From positions 60,001 to 92,000 of the forward strand of contig JBGQBI010000003.1 of the NCBI GenBank assembly GCA_041494705.1: DNA of 32,000 nt, given 5' to 3'. Origin of the DNA: Candidatus Methanoperedens sp. (GTDB lineage: Archaea; Halobacteriota; Methanosarcinia; Methanosarcinales; Methanoperedenaceae). Every line of letters starts with the position of its first letter. The first letter of the stretch is position 1. Positions 1 to 9,165 of the stretch are shown in pieces. A program made the position numbers and the translations under genes. The notes beneath the pieces are model-generated. The model had not been told where the DNA came from. It saw nothing but the letters and a program-made list of their open reading frames with translations, and did not search any database.

Positions 1-706
1 GCGCTGCGGAGTTGTCGCCAGATATCCTTTCAGCAAGGAATACGGCTTTATCGAGGGATATGTTCTCAAACAGTTTTTCCACGCCTTTATGCGTATAGAA
101 ATGCCGTATCTCAAGATTAATAATGGGCTCGCCTGCAACGCTGAACCTGAAATGTCCGGGTTCTATTACACCTGCATGCACGGGTCCTACCGGAATTTCA
201 TAGACGCCTTCACCCTCAACGCGCCTGTACACATATTCACCCTCAACGCGCGACGGTTTTGTCCTTATATCAAAATCCTTCCGCAGCGGGTAAACCCCAT
301 CTGGCCAGTCCTCAAAATGCACAAGCCGCCTCGGGTCTGGATGACCGACAGGAACCAGGCCGAACATATCCTGTATCTCTCGCTCATACCAGTTGGCTGC
401 TGCAATCTTATGTGTAATGGAATTGTATCTGGGGGATTTTTCATCGACATTTATTTTTATTATAATGAACGCATCGCCTTTGTCGATGGAAAACACATAA
501 TGGACTTTGAAACAGCCTTCCTTTTTTCTCTCATCGGTTGCGAAAATTGAAACAAGCGGTATATCCAGGTGGTGGTAAATATGGTCGCAAATCTTCACAT
601 TTGCTTCTTTTTTTACGGTGAGATATGTTTCATTACGCGAGGTTATTTCATCAAGAATAGTATTCCCAAATTCCTTTTTTAAAGCCTCTATGAATTCCCT
701 GTTCAT
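1..706 (-). CDS. Group-4 hydrogenase-type large subunit homologue (HycE/HyfG-like NuoC+NuoD fusion), first 235 codons; continues past the window start
   Basis: Absent from the ORF track because there is no stop in the window. I hand-translated the reverse complement from the ATG (cat at 704-706), and the frame stays open to position 2. It reads MNREFIEALKKEFGNTILDEITSRNETYLTVKKEANVKICDHIYHHLDIPLVSIFATDERKKEGCFKVHYVFSIDKGDAF...GVYEIPVGPVHAGVIEPGHFRFSVAGEPIINLEIRHFYTHKGVEKLFENISLDKAVFLAERISGDNSAA. The ATDER and GPVHAGxIEPGHFRF blocks are typical of NuoC-like and NuoD-like/hydrogenase large subunits. ATGA start/stop overlap with the upstream gene. Confidence 0.85.
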   Translation of the reverse strand, partial: MNREFIEALKKEFGNTILDEITSRNETYLTVKKEANVKICDHIYHHLDIPLVSIFATDERKKEGCFKVHYVFSIDKGDAFIIIKINVDEKSPRYNSITHKIAAANWYEREIQDMFGLVPVGHPDPRRLVHFEDWPDGVYPLRKDFDIRTKPSRVEGEYVYRRVEGEGVYEIPVGPVHAGVIEPGHFRFSVAGEPIINLEIRHFYTHKGVEKLFENISLDKAVFLAERISGDNSAA

Positions 707-2169
707 CACCTGACAACCTCCACGACTTTCATTATCATATCATAAAAGAACGGAGGAATATAAACGCCAAGCACAATGACAAATACAATCAGAATCGACA
801 TTGCTGCAAGCGTCCACCTGCTCACTTCCCCTTTTGTTATTCCGGGTTTAGGCGTCCCGAACACCATCTTGCTTATGTTGTTGAAAAAACCTGCAAATAT
901 CATAATCAGGAATAGCAGGAATAATACCGATGAAACATAATGACCCTGCAGGAACCCGGCTGCAAGTATTGTAAATTCGCTCAGGAATATGCTGAATGGC
1001 GGTGAACCAGTGATTGCAAGCGCGCCGATGATTAGCATAGGTCCTGTTACCGGCATTGATTTCACTATCCCGCTGACTTTATCTATCTCTTTTGTTTCAT
1101 ATTTTAATAGGACATTTCCGGCTCCGAAGAACATGAGGGATTTTGTCATCGCATGGTTGAACATGTGAAGAATGGCTCCGAATATCCCGTAAACGCCGCC
1201 AAAACCGATACCGAGCGCAACTATTCCCATGTGTTCAACGCTGCTGTAGGCAAGAAGCCGTTTATAGTCTTCCTGCAAAATGATAAAAGGAACTGCGATA
1301 CCGAGAGACAGAAGCCCGAATATTATCAGGAGATTGCTTGTAAACCCGACACCGACGGATTTTGTCGCAATCGCATAAAATCTGATGATGCCGTACATGG
1401 CGCAGTTAAGAAGCACGCCTGAAAGAAGCGCGCTGACAGGCGTGGGAGCCTCGCTGTGGGCATCCGGCAGCCAGGTATGCATGGGGGCAAGCCCGGCTTT
1501 CGTGCCGTACCCTATGAGGATAAAAATGAATGCAAGTTTCATTATGGTCGGGTCGAACCGGTCTGCCACAGCTATAAGCGATGTCCAGTTAAGCGCATCT
1601 CCGGATTCTCCCAGTATCTTCACCGCCGCATAATACGTCAGAATGGTGCCAAAAAGCGCAAACGTGATGCCTACCGTGCATATTATCATGTATTTCCAGG
1701 CAGCCTCAACCGAGGATTTCCTGGAATAGAGAATCATCAGGAGCGCGGAGACAAGGGTAGTCATCTCGATGGCTATCCAGAGACCGAGGTTGTTCGTGAC
1801 ACCGACGAGAAGCATTGTGAACATGAAGAGATGGAAAAGAACGTAATACATTCTCAATCTTCTTATATCCATTATGTTGTGGTCAAATTCATGCCCCATG
1901 TAACCGATAGAGTAAAAAGACGCAACAAAACCCACAATGGATACGATAAGGACAATAAATGCGCTGAATGCGTCCGCAAACAGGGCATTTTGCCATGTGA
2001 CTATAGTACCGTATTTGAAAACATCATTTACCAGCACCAATCCAAGGGCAAGAGTAGCTATTGACCCGATAACACTTACAGTCTCGACCTGTTTTCGGGT
2101 TTTTGTAAAGAAGCATAATATGCTTGTAAGGATAGGGGCTAGAAGCAGGTATTCAATCATGGCGCTCAT
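706..2169 (-). CDS. hyfF: Hydrogenase-4 subunit F-like / NuoM-NuoN-type antiporter-like membrane subunit
   Basis: 487-aa polytopic ORF with the proton-pumping subunit signature HTWLPDAHSEAPTPVSALLSGVLLN. 4-nt overlap with the upstream gene and 1-nt overlap with the downstream gene. Confidence 0.8.
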   Translation of the reverse strand: MSAMIEYLLLAPILTSILCFFTKTRKQVETVSVIGSIATLALGLVLVNDVFKYGTIVTWQNALFADAFSAFIVLIVSIVGFVASFYSIGYMGHEFDHNIMDIRRLRMYYVLFHLFMFTMLLVGVTNNLGLWIAIEMTTLVSALLMILYSRKSSVEAAWKYMIICTVGITFALFGTILTYYAAVKILGESGDALNWTSLIAVADRFDPTIMKLAFIFILIGYGTKAGLAPMHTWLPDAHSEAPTPVSALLSGVLLNCAMYGIIRFYAIATKSVGVGFTSNLLIIFGLLSLGIAVPFIILQEDYKRLLAYSSVEHMGIVALGIGFGGVYGIFGAILHMFNHAMTKSLMFFGAGNVLLKYETKEIDKVSGIVKSMPVTGPMLIIGALAITGSPPFSIFLSEFTILAAGFLQGHYVSSVLFLLFLIMIFAGFFNNISKMVFGTPKPGITKGEVSRWTLAAMSILIVFVIVLGVYIPPFFYDMIMKVVEVVR

Positions 2170-2834
2170 CCTATCAATGTTTTAAGCATATCGGTATCGA
2201 TGCTCTCGAATGTCTTGTTTATCCTGAATATCAGGATTCCCATAATAAGAACGCCTATCAGGACATCGAAGAATATCCCGAGTTCAACAAGCAGGGGCAT
2301 ACCGTATGTCAGGGATATGGCGCCCAGGAAAAGCCCGTTCTCCATTATCAGTATTCCGAGCATCTGCATTATGGCTTTCTTACGGCTTATCATTACGAAA
2401 AGCCCGATTGAGACAAGCGACATGGATGCTGAAAGGGCAAAACTTGAAAGCCCGGATAAGATATTTATTGACCTGATAAGATAATATGAAATTACGACCA
2501 GCACCCCGCCAATAATTAGCGAAGGTGAGACATTCACATACAGTTCCACTTCCCTTTTCACCTTGATTTCACGGATTATATAGATGAAAATATAGGGAAT
2601 CACTGCGGCTTTTATGACAAGCGTGAGGAGAGCCACGATATAGATATCATTTTTTCCTGTGGAATATGCCACAATACCGGCCACGCACGCAAGCAGGAAC
2701 GATTGTATCCCGAAAGCCCTGACGCATGAATAGAGCCTCGTGGAACCGAGAATCAGGAAGGTCGAAACAAGTATCAATGCAATAATCAATTGCACCATTT
2801 TAGAGCCTAAAATAATTTCTGACATATTATCCAC
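2166..2834 (-). CDS. hyfE: Hydrogenase-4 subunit E-like small membrane subunit (NuoK-related)
   Basis: 222-aa all-helical membrane ORF. Its size and its position between the HyfC-like and HyfF-like genes match E. coli hyfE. Overlaps both neighbours. Confidence 0.6.
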   Translation of the reverse strand: MDNMSEIILGSKMVQLIIALILVSTFLILGSTRLYSCVRAFGIQSFLLACVAGIVAYSTGKNDIYIVALLTLVIKAAVIPYIFIYIIREIKVKREVELYVNVSPSLIIGGVLVVISYYLIRSINILSGLSSFALSASMSLVSIGLFVMISRKKAIMQMLGILIMENGLFLGAISLTYGMPLLVELGIFFDVLIGVLIMGILIFRINKTFESIDTDMLKTLIG

Positions 2835-3777
2835 CTTTTACAATAATAAATGAAACAAGGGAAAGGAATGAAAACATGAGCGATATCGAAAGCAGCTCCG
2901 GTAACCTGAACAATCTCCATTTTGCAGTTGAAGTTTCAACCATCGCCATAACAGCGCCCAGAACCACAATCTTAACGAAATAAACGAGCAATGCTATTAT
3001 AATCGGCGCTGCGCTTACCCCCGATGCAATTCCCCATGGGAAGAAGATGTTGGCAAGGAGTGAGAATACGAGCAATTGTTTTATCATTGCCCCGAGTTCC
3101 ACTATTGCAAGTTGTTTCCCCGAATACTCAAGTATCATTGCTTCATGAATCATGGTAAGTTCAAGGTGCGTTGCAGGATTATCCACTGGTATCCGTCCCG
3201 TTTCAGCAATAGCGATGATGAACAGGGCAACGAATGCAAGTATCTGGTATGGTGAGACTGCATCAATACCCATAGCTGATACCGTTTGCGAGATGTAGCT
3301 CAAATTCGTGGAACCTACATTGAGGGCTATGGCGAATATGGAAAGCATCAGCGCGGGCTCAACAAGGGATGCCACGAACATCTCGCGGCTCCCGCCCATC
3401 CCGCCAAAAGAGCTTCCGGCATCAAGCGAAGCAAGGGCGGTAAAGAACCGCGCCAGCGCAAAAAGATACACCACAGCTATCAGGTCGCCGGCAAAACCGA
3501 AAGGCAATTCCGTAATAAAAATGGGAATCAAAAGACCTGCCGTTAGCACAGCAACAAAAGAAACAATCGGTGCTGCATGGAAGAGCCATGAAACGTTTTG
3601 TGATACTACGGAATCCTTCTGCAAAAGTTTTGCAATATCATAATACGGCTGGAAAATGCTTGGGCCTTTGCGTACCTGGAAGAAAGCTTTTATTTTTTTG
3701 ATGATGCCACTAAGAAGCGGGGCCAGGCCGATGACGGCCAGAAGCTGAAGAATTACAAGTACAATCTGCGTAATCAT
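2827..3777 (-). CDS. hyfC: Formate hydrogenlyase subunit 4 / HyfC-HycD-NuoH-like membrane subunit
   Basis: 316-aa membrane ORF containing RIPVDNPATHLELTMIHEAMILEYSG (NuoH/HycD-type loop). Its start abuts the stop of the upstream gene (3777/3778). Confidence 0.8.
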   Translation of the reverse strand: MITQIVLVILQLLAVIGLAPLLSGIIKKIKAFFQVRKGPSIFQPYYDIAKLLQKDSVVSQNVSWLFHAAPIVSFVAVLTAGLLIPIFITELPFGFAGDLIAVVYLFALARFFTALASLDAGSSFGGMGGSREMFVASLVEPALMLSIFAIALNVGSTNLSYISQTVSAMGIDAVSPYQILAFVALFIIAIAETGRIPVDNPATHLELTMIHEAMILEYSGKQLAIVELGAMIKQLLVFSLLANIFFPWGIASGVSAAPIIIALLVYFVKIVVLGAVMAMVETSTAKWRLFRLPELLSISLMFSFLSLVSFIIVKGG

Positions 3778-5802
3778 TTAGCTGCCCCCTGCTATTACGA
3801 ACATGAAAAGAATGACGAGCGTTCCAAAAATATAAGAAAGGTATGCATGTATACTGCCTGTTTGAATGACCTTGGCACTTTGCGACTTTGCCAGAACGAA
3901 CCCTACTACTGGATTATAGATATATTCTTCGAATACCAGTTCTATCCTGGATTCAAACCTGAAGGATTCCTTGAGGAACGGAGAAGCTGAATACGTAGCT
4001 TCGGTTTGCCTTGCAGGGCGGTATAAGTTCTTAAACCACATCTCTACAGGTTTTGAGAAAGCATGGGCTGTGTATTCGTTTCTTGATGTGGATTCGGGCT
4101 GGCCGCATCCCCATGTCTCATAAATTGCCCGTGATTTCTTGATGTTATATAAAAGCAAAAACGGTATCAAGAGGAGAATAAACATCAACACAAAAAGAAT
4201 CGGGGTGGACAGGGAAATATTTGCTGGCAATACAATCGTCCCCAAAGTGCTTAATGAAAATGATTGGCTAAATGCACTTACGCCGATGAATGTCCGGGCG
4301 ACCTTATCCAGCAAGGGCAGGATGTAGAATGGTAAAATACCCAGCAGTATTGATAATACTGCAAAGAGTCCCATTCCAAGAAGCATCGGGGTGTTTGCCT
4401 CGGTTGCATGTTCCGCGTGCTCGCTTCTCGGGAGGGCTAAGAATCCTATGCCAAATGTTTTCAGGAAACAGAATGCGGCAAGCGCCCCTGTGAGGGCGAG
4501 AACGGCTGCGCTGATGGACAGCACTATCATAGTAAATGTATTAAAATTAAAACCCAGAAGTAGTGACTGGAAGGTTAGCCATTCGCTCACAAAACCGCTA
4601 AATGGCGGTAATGCAGAAATGGACAGTACCCCGACAAGGATAAGAACCGAGCTTACCGGCATTTTCTTTATGAGACCTCCGAGGTTTTCGATGTTCTTTG
4701 TATGTGTTGAAAAAATTATGGAGCCTGCGCCCATGAACAATAATCCTTTGAATACCGAATGATTGAGCAGGTGATAAAGCGCCGCTATTGCCGCAATCGC
4801 TGCAAGAGTTGGCCTTCCGCCTTCAAAAAATATCATTGAAGCGCCAATGCCAATCAAAATAATTCCCACGTTCTCAATGCTGCTGAAGGCAAGCATTCGC
4901 TTGATATCAGGCTCTACGACTGCGTATAATATGCCGATGATTGCCGAGAGCGTTCCCACGGCGAGCACAAGGTATCCCCACCATGCAAAACCGCCGCCCA
5001 AAAAATCAAAGAAAACCCGGATGAGCATAAAAATAGCGGTTTTAATCATCACTCCTGACATGAGCGCTGAAACGTTGCTCGGCGCGGCCGGGTGGGCGTA
5101 AGGAAGCCAGATGTGAAGCGGTACGATACCGGCTTTTGCCCCAAAACCAATAAGAGCGAATATGAATGCCATATCCCGCAACAGTGGAGGCATTAAAGTG
5201 CCTGCGGCGCGGAATGTTTCGAAGTTGAAGCTGCCGCTTGAACCTGCAAAAATAAGGAAGGACAGGATGATGAAGCCCGTTCCGATATGGGTCATCACGA
5301 TATAGATAAAACCGGCTTTCCTGGTTTCAGGTTTTTCATGCTCGTAAACTACAAGGAAATAAGATATCACAGACATCAATTCCCAGACTATCAGGAACAT
5401 GACCGCATTATTTGCAGTTACTACCAGTATCATTGAAATAATAAAGATGTTATATAGGAAACCAAGGTATCCGATATTCTTTTTGCCGAAATATTCTCTC
5501 ACGTACCCGATTGAATATACAGAGACTGCAAAGACTGCAATCGAGATTACAAGAATGAAAAATGCAGAAAGCGCATCCACAAAAATACCGAATTGCAGAA
5601 ATGAAGTGCCTGGAAGAGTTAATGAAAAAGTGCCGCCAAATATTACAGATAACGAGAAAACTATCCCGAAAATGGAACCAACGGCCGCGCTTATGAACGA
5701 TACAAAGGCGCAAACCCTGTCGTTTTTATTCAATAGCACAGATGATACGGCGCCAATAAGATAAAAGAGAACAAGTCCAAAAAATAAATATGTATCCATC
5801 AT
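3778..5802 (-). CDS. hyfB: Hydrogenase-4 subunit B / HycC / NuoL-like antiporter-like subunit, paralogue A
   Basis: 674 aa with LHIWLPYAHPAAPSNVSALMSGVMIKTAIF and a C-terminal extension ending in the ETWGCGQP block. Collinear with the upstream paralogue along its whole length. Confidence 0.85.
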   Translation of the reverse strand: MMDTYLFFGLVLFYLIGAVSSVLLNKNDRVCAFVSFISAAVGSIFGIVFSLSVIFGGTFSLTLPGTSFLQFGIFVDALSAFFILVISIAVFAVSVYSIGYVREYFGKKNIGYLGFLYNIFIISMILVVTANNAVMFLIVWELMSVISYFLVVYEHEKPETRKAGFIYIVMTHIGTGFIILSFLIFAGSSGSFNFETFRAAGTLMPPLLRDMAFIFALIGFGAKAGIVPLHIWLPYAHPAAPSNVSALMSGVMIKTAIFMLIRVFFDFLGGGFAWWGYLVLAVGTLSAIIGILYAVVEPDIKRMLAFSSIENVGIILIGIGASMIFFEGGRPTLAAIAAIAALYHLLNHSVFKGLLFMGAGSIIFSTHTKNIENLGGLIKKMPVSSVLILVGVLSISALPPFSGFVSEWLTFQSLLLGFNFNTFTMIVLSISAAVLALTGALAAFCFLKTFGIGFLALPRSEHAEHATEANTPMLLGMGLFAVLSILLGILPFYILPLLDKVARTFIGVSAFSQSFSLSTLGTIVLPANISLSTPILFVLMFILLLIPFLLLYNIKKSRAIYETWGCGQPESTSRNEYTAHAFSKPVEMWFKNLYRPARQTEATYSASPFLKESFRFESRIELVFEEYIYNPVVGFVLAKSQSAKVIQTGSIHAYLSYIFGTLVILFMFVIAGGS

Positions 5803-5920
5803 TTCACCGGAAAATTATCTTTTCTATCGGAAACGAACAAAAACAGTTGACGTAGTTTTAAGTATATTTTATCCCAGCTTTTTTCTATTTTTGATTTATG
5901 AACAACAGAACCACACTTTA

Positions 5921-5979
5921 CCTATGTTTCTGTATTTAAGATTTACCAGTGAAAGTATGTCGATTATTAGTGTAGGATT
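5921..5979 (-). promoter_or_regulatory. Conserved upstream element of hyfB paralogue A (candidate TATA box CTTAAATAC plus 5' leader)
   Basis: Plus strand cctatgtttctgtatttaagatttaccagtgaaagtatgtcgattattagtgtaggat aligns with 8102-8169. It lies about 120-175 nt upstream of the ATG at 5802. Confidence 0.4.
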
Positions 5980-5992
5980 GAATGGATTTTCT

Positions 5993-8023
5993 CTACGCCC
6001 CGCTTCCCACAAATATCAAAGCAATGACCAGCGTGATAAGTATGTAAAGCAGGTATGTCTGGATGTACCCCGTCTGGATAACTCTCATTAATCTCGACAC
6101 CGTAAGCACGACCCATGTGACGGGACTGTACAAATATCGCTCAAATACCGGCTCTATCTCTGACTCAAAAATCACCCTGTCCTTAAAGAACGGCGAATCC
6201 GAATAAGTGGTCTGTATCTCCCTGCGGGGACGGAATATACCGCCCAGCCACATGCGTATGGGTTTTGAGAAAGCCGTTGCAGTATATTCATTCCTGGAAG
6301 TCAAAACCGGCTGTCCGCATCCCCATGTTTCGTATTTCACCGTGTTCGTCCGGCTCATCAGCATATACATGATAACCGGAAGCGGGAGAACGACGAATAC
6401 CAGCAATGCAATCCATGTTGTGGAGATGCTTGCCGGGAACGAGGAAAGTGTCCCGATAGTCAGGTTAAAACTGATCCTGGAACTTATACTTGTTCCGACA
6501 AGCGGCGCTGATACCGAATCAAGTATGCCTACTACATAAAAGGGGAGGACGCCAAGAACAATGCACATCAAAGCAAGAACAGCCATTCCTGCAAGCATTG
6601 GCACAGGCACTTCTTTTGCGTGTTCTGCATGGGCGCTTCTTGGCAGCGCAAGAAAACTGATGCCGAACGCCTTAACAAAACACGCCGCTGCAAGAGCACC
6701 CGTTAAGGCAAGACCTGCGCCGCTAAAAAGCACTGCTATTTTCGTGATATTATCCGTGAGGTTAATGCTCAGCAACTGCGCCTGCAATGTAAGCCACTCG
6801 CTCACAAAACCATTAAAAGGCGGCAGCGCCGAGATGGATATCGCGCCTATCAGGAAAAAGAAAGCTGTCCAGGGCATTCTCTTTATCAGCCCTCCATATT
6901 CCTCGATATTTTTGGTGTGGGTTGAATATATCACCGAACCGGCGCCCATGAACAGGAGGGATTTGAACACAGCGTGGTTTATCGTGTGATAGAGGGCTGC
7001 TATCAATCCGAATGCCGCAAGATCGGGATGCCCGGATGACATGAATATCATGGAAACCCCGACTCCGATAAGGATTATCCCGATATTTTCAACGCTGTGG
7101 AAAGCAAGAAGGCGTTTCATATCGTGTTCCATTAATGCATACATCACACCGATAAGCGCGGAAACCGATGCTATAATCAACAGCAGCATACCCCACCACC
7201 AGACACCGCCGCCAAGGAAGTCAAAAGAAACCCGGATGAGCATGTAAATCGCGGTCTTAATCATTACACCCGACATCAGCGCAGATACGTTACTGGGCGC
7301 GGCCGGATGGGCGTATGGAAGCCAGATATGAAGCGGGACGATACCTGCTTTGGTTCCGAATCCGATAAGTGCGAAAAGGAAAGCCATGTCTTTTAAATGT
7401 GAAGGCATGGTCATGCCAGCGGTGCGGAATGTTTCGAAGCCGAAACTGCCGCTTGAACCTGCCATGATCAAAAACGATAAAATAATGAACCCGGTACCGA
7501 TATGGGTCATGACAATATAGATGAACCCCGCTTTCCTTGTTTCCTGTTTTTCATGCTCATAGACCACAAGAAAATATGATATTACCGACATCAGTTCCCA
7601 GACAATCAGGAACATGACGGCATTGTTCGCAGAGACAACCAGGATCATGGAGAGAATGAAAATGTTATAAAGGAAACAGAGATAGCCGATATTCTTTTTG
7701 CCGAAATATTCTTTCACGTACCCTGTTGAATATATCGAAACTGCAAAAGCTGTTATTGATATTGCAAAAATGAAGAATGCAGAGAGCTTATCTACAAAAA
7801 ATCCAAAATTCAGGATTGGCGAGCCTGAAAGAGTTAATGAGAAATCTTTGCCCGATAAAATGGAACCTGAGAATATTATCCCGAATATGGAAGCCATGGA
7901 GGCGCTCAAAAAAGATATGTAAGCGCATAAGCGGTCTTTCCTATTTAAAATAAAAGCTGAAATAGCTCCAATCAAATAAAAGAGAATCATCCCGAAAAAT
8001 AAATAGGTGTCCATCATAACCAC
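5993..8023 (-). CDS. hyfB: Hydrogenase-4 subunit B / HycC / NuoL-like antiporter-like subunit, paralogue B
   Basis: 676 aa with the same motifs (LHIWLPYAHPAAPSNVSALMSGVMIKTAIY, ETWGCGQP). By eye about two thirds identical to paralogue A. The start may be MMDTY at 8017. Confidence 0.85.
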   Translation of the reverse strand: MVMMDTYLFFGMILFYLIGAISAFILNRKDRLCAYISFLSASMASIFGIIFSGSILSGKDFSLTLSGSPILNFGFFVDKLSAFFIFAISITAFAVSIYSTGYVKEYFGKKNIGYLCFLYNIFILSMILVVSANNAVMFLIVWELMSVISYFLVVYEHEKQETRKAGFIYIVMTHIGTGFIILSFLIMAGSSGSFGFETFRTAGMTMPSHLKDMAFLFALIGFGTKAGIVPLHIWLPYAHPAAPSNVSALMSGVMIKTAIYMLIRVSFDFLGGGVWWWGMLLLIIASVSALIGVMYALMEHDMKRLLAFHSVENIGIILIGVGVSMIFMSSGHPDLAAFGLIAALYHTINHAVFKSLLFMGAGSVIYSTHTKNIEEYGGLIKRMPWTAFFFLIGAISISALPPFNGFVSEWLTLQAQLLSINLTDNITKIAVLFSGAGLALTGALAAACFVKAFGISFLALPRSAHAEHAKEVPVPMLAGMAVLALMCIVLGVLPFYVVGILDSVSAPLVGTSISSRISFNLTIGTLSSFPASISTTWIALLVFVVLPLPVIMYMLMSRTNTVKYETWGCGQPVLTSRNEYTATAFSKPIRMWLGGIFRPRREIQTTYSDSPFFKDRVIFESEIEPVFERYLYSPVTWVVLTVSRLMRVIQTGYIQTYLLYILITLVIALIFVGSGA

Positions 8024-8101
8024 CCTATCGGTTTGCTAACTCCTTATCAAATTGGAATAATCGACTCCAATTTTTTAGTTTTTGCATTAGAGCCAATGAA
8101 T

Positions 8102-8169
8102 ACCTGTGATTTGTATTTAAGATTTCCTGAAAAAGTAAGAAAATCCATATCGATTATTAATGTAAGATA
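8102..8169 (-). promoter_or_regulatory. Conserved upstream element of hyfB paralogue B (candidate TATA box CTTAAATAC plus 5' leader)
   Basis: Plus strand acctgtgatttgtatttaagatttcctgaaaaagtaagaaaatccatatcgattattaatgtaagatac is homologous to 5921-5979. It lies about 80-145 nt upstream of the ATG at 8023, in the divergent intergenic region shared with the ABC ATPase gene. Confidence 0.4.
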
Positions 8170-8216
8170 CTGGCAACTAAAGAAAGCTTATAGCCTTTAA
8201 TATCATTATTCTGTCC

Positions 8217-9131
8217 ATGCTTGCCGTTAAAGCCGAAGGTTTATTTAAATATTACAAAGATGGCGCACATGGAAAAAAAGAGGTATTAAAGAACGTTTCC
8301 ATCGATATAGAAGAAGGCGAGATTTTCGGCATACTTGGACCCAACGGCGCAGGCAAGACCACTCTCATATCAATCCTTTCCACGCTCACAATACCGGATA
8401 GCGGGAAAGTGGAAGTCTTTGGAATCGATGCGCTTTCTGACCCGAATAGCGTGAAATGTATCGTGAATGTAAGCAGCGGGAACCCGAATTTTCCCTGGAG
8501 CCTTACGGTTTATGAGAACCTCAAATATTTTTCACTGCTCTACGGCTTAGACAATCCGGCTATTGAAAGGGTTATTGATATGCTTGAACTTGAACCATTC
8601 AGGAATGTCAGGTTTGACTCGCTGTCCACCGGCACAAAGCAGCGCCTCTCACTTGCGAAAGCCCTTCTCAATGAGCCGCGCCTCCTGTTCCTGGATGAAC
8701 CGACGGTGGGTCTTGACCCGGATATGGCTATTAAAATCAGGAGACTGATAAAGCGGATACATGATGAAAAAGGGATTACAATTGTCCTGACAACCCATTA
8801 TATGAAAGAAGCCGAGCAGCTCTGCGAAAGGATTGCATTTATCAAGAAAGGCGAGATAATCGCCAATGCGGCGCCGGCTGAGTTAAAGAGACAGATGAAG
8901 CTTGGCGAGACTATAACGATAGAGTACAAAGGGAAGTTTGATGATTCCCGGTTAAAGGATATTCCCGGTATTCTTGATGTCCTGCACGAGGACGGGAAAA
9001 TAAAAATCGTGGCTGAGAATGTCGAATCCATTATCGATAATGTGATGAAGAAGTTCTGTGATGTTCATATCAAGAATATTGAGATTTCCCAGCCCAACCT
9101 TGAGGATGTGTTCCTGAAACTTGCTCATTAA
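8217..9131 (+). CDS. ABC transporter ATP-binding protein (ABC-2/DrrA-NatA type)
   Basis: Walker A GPNGAGKTT, signature LSTGTKQRL, Walker B LLFLDEPTVGLD, H-loop TTHYM. 304 aa with the extra C-terminal domain typical of ABC-2 ATPases. Confidence 0.9.
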   Translation: MLAVKAEGLFKYYKDGAHGKKEVLKNVSIDIEEGEIFGILGPNGAGKTTLISILSTLTIPDSGKVEVFGIDALSDPNSVKCIVNVSSGNPNFPWSLTVYENLKYFSLLYGLDNPAIERVIDMLELEPFRNVRFDSLSTGTKQRLSLAKALLNEPRLLFLDEPTVGLDPDMAIKIRRLIKRIHDEKGITIVLTTHYMKEAEQLCERIAFIKKGEIIANAAPAELKRQMKLGETITIEYKGKFDDSRLKDIPGILDVLHEDGKIKIVAENVESIIDNVMKKFCDVHIKNIEISQPNLEDVFLKLAH

Positions 9132-9165
9132 ATGTATATAATAAAAAAGCATAAAAGTGCACATT

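Noticed and set aside
89-550. 153-aa plus-strand ORF, and the 61-aa minus-strand ORF at 265-450
   Set aside because: Both lie inside the hand-verified minus-strand large-subunit gene (1-706), which has strong family motifs. Their translations have no recognisable features, and they overlap the real coding frame (the plus-strand ORF antisense, the minus-strand ORF in an alternative frame).
1153-2185. Several 80-200-aa plus-strand ORFs
   Set aside because: They are antisense to the HyfF-like gene. Their basic, low-complexity translations are typical of shadow frames of membrane-protein genes.
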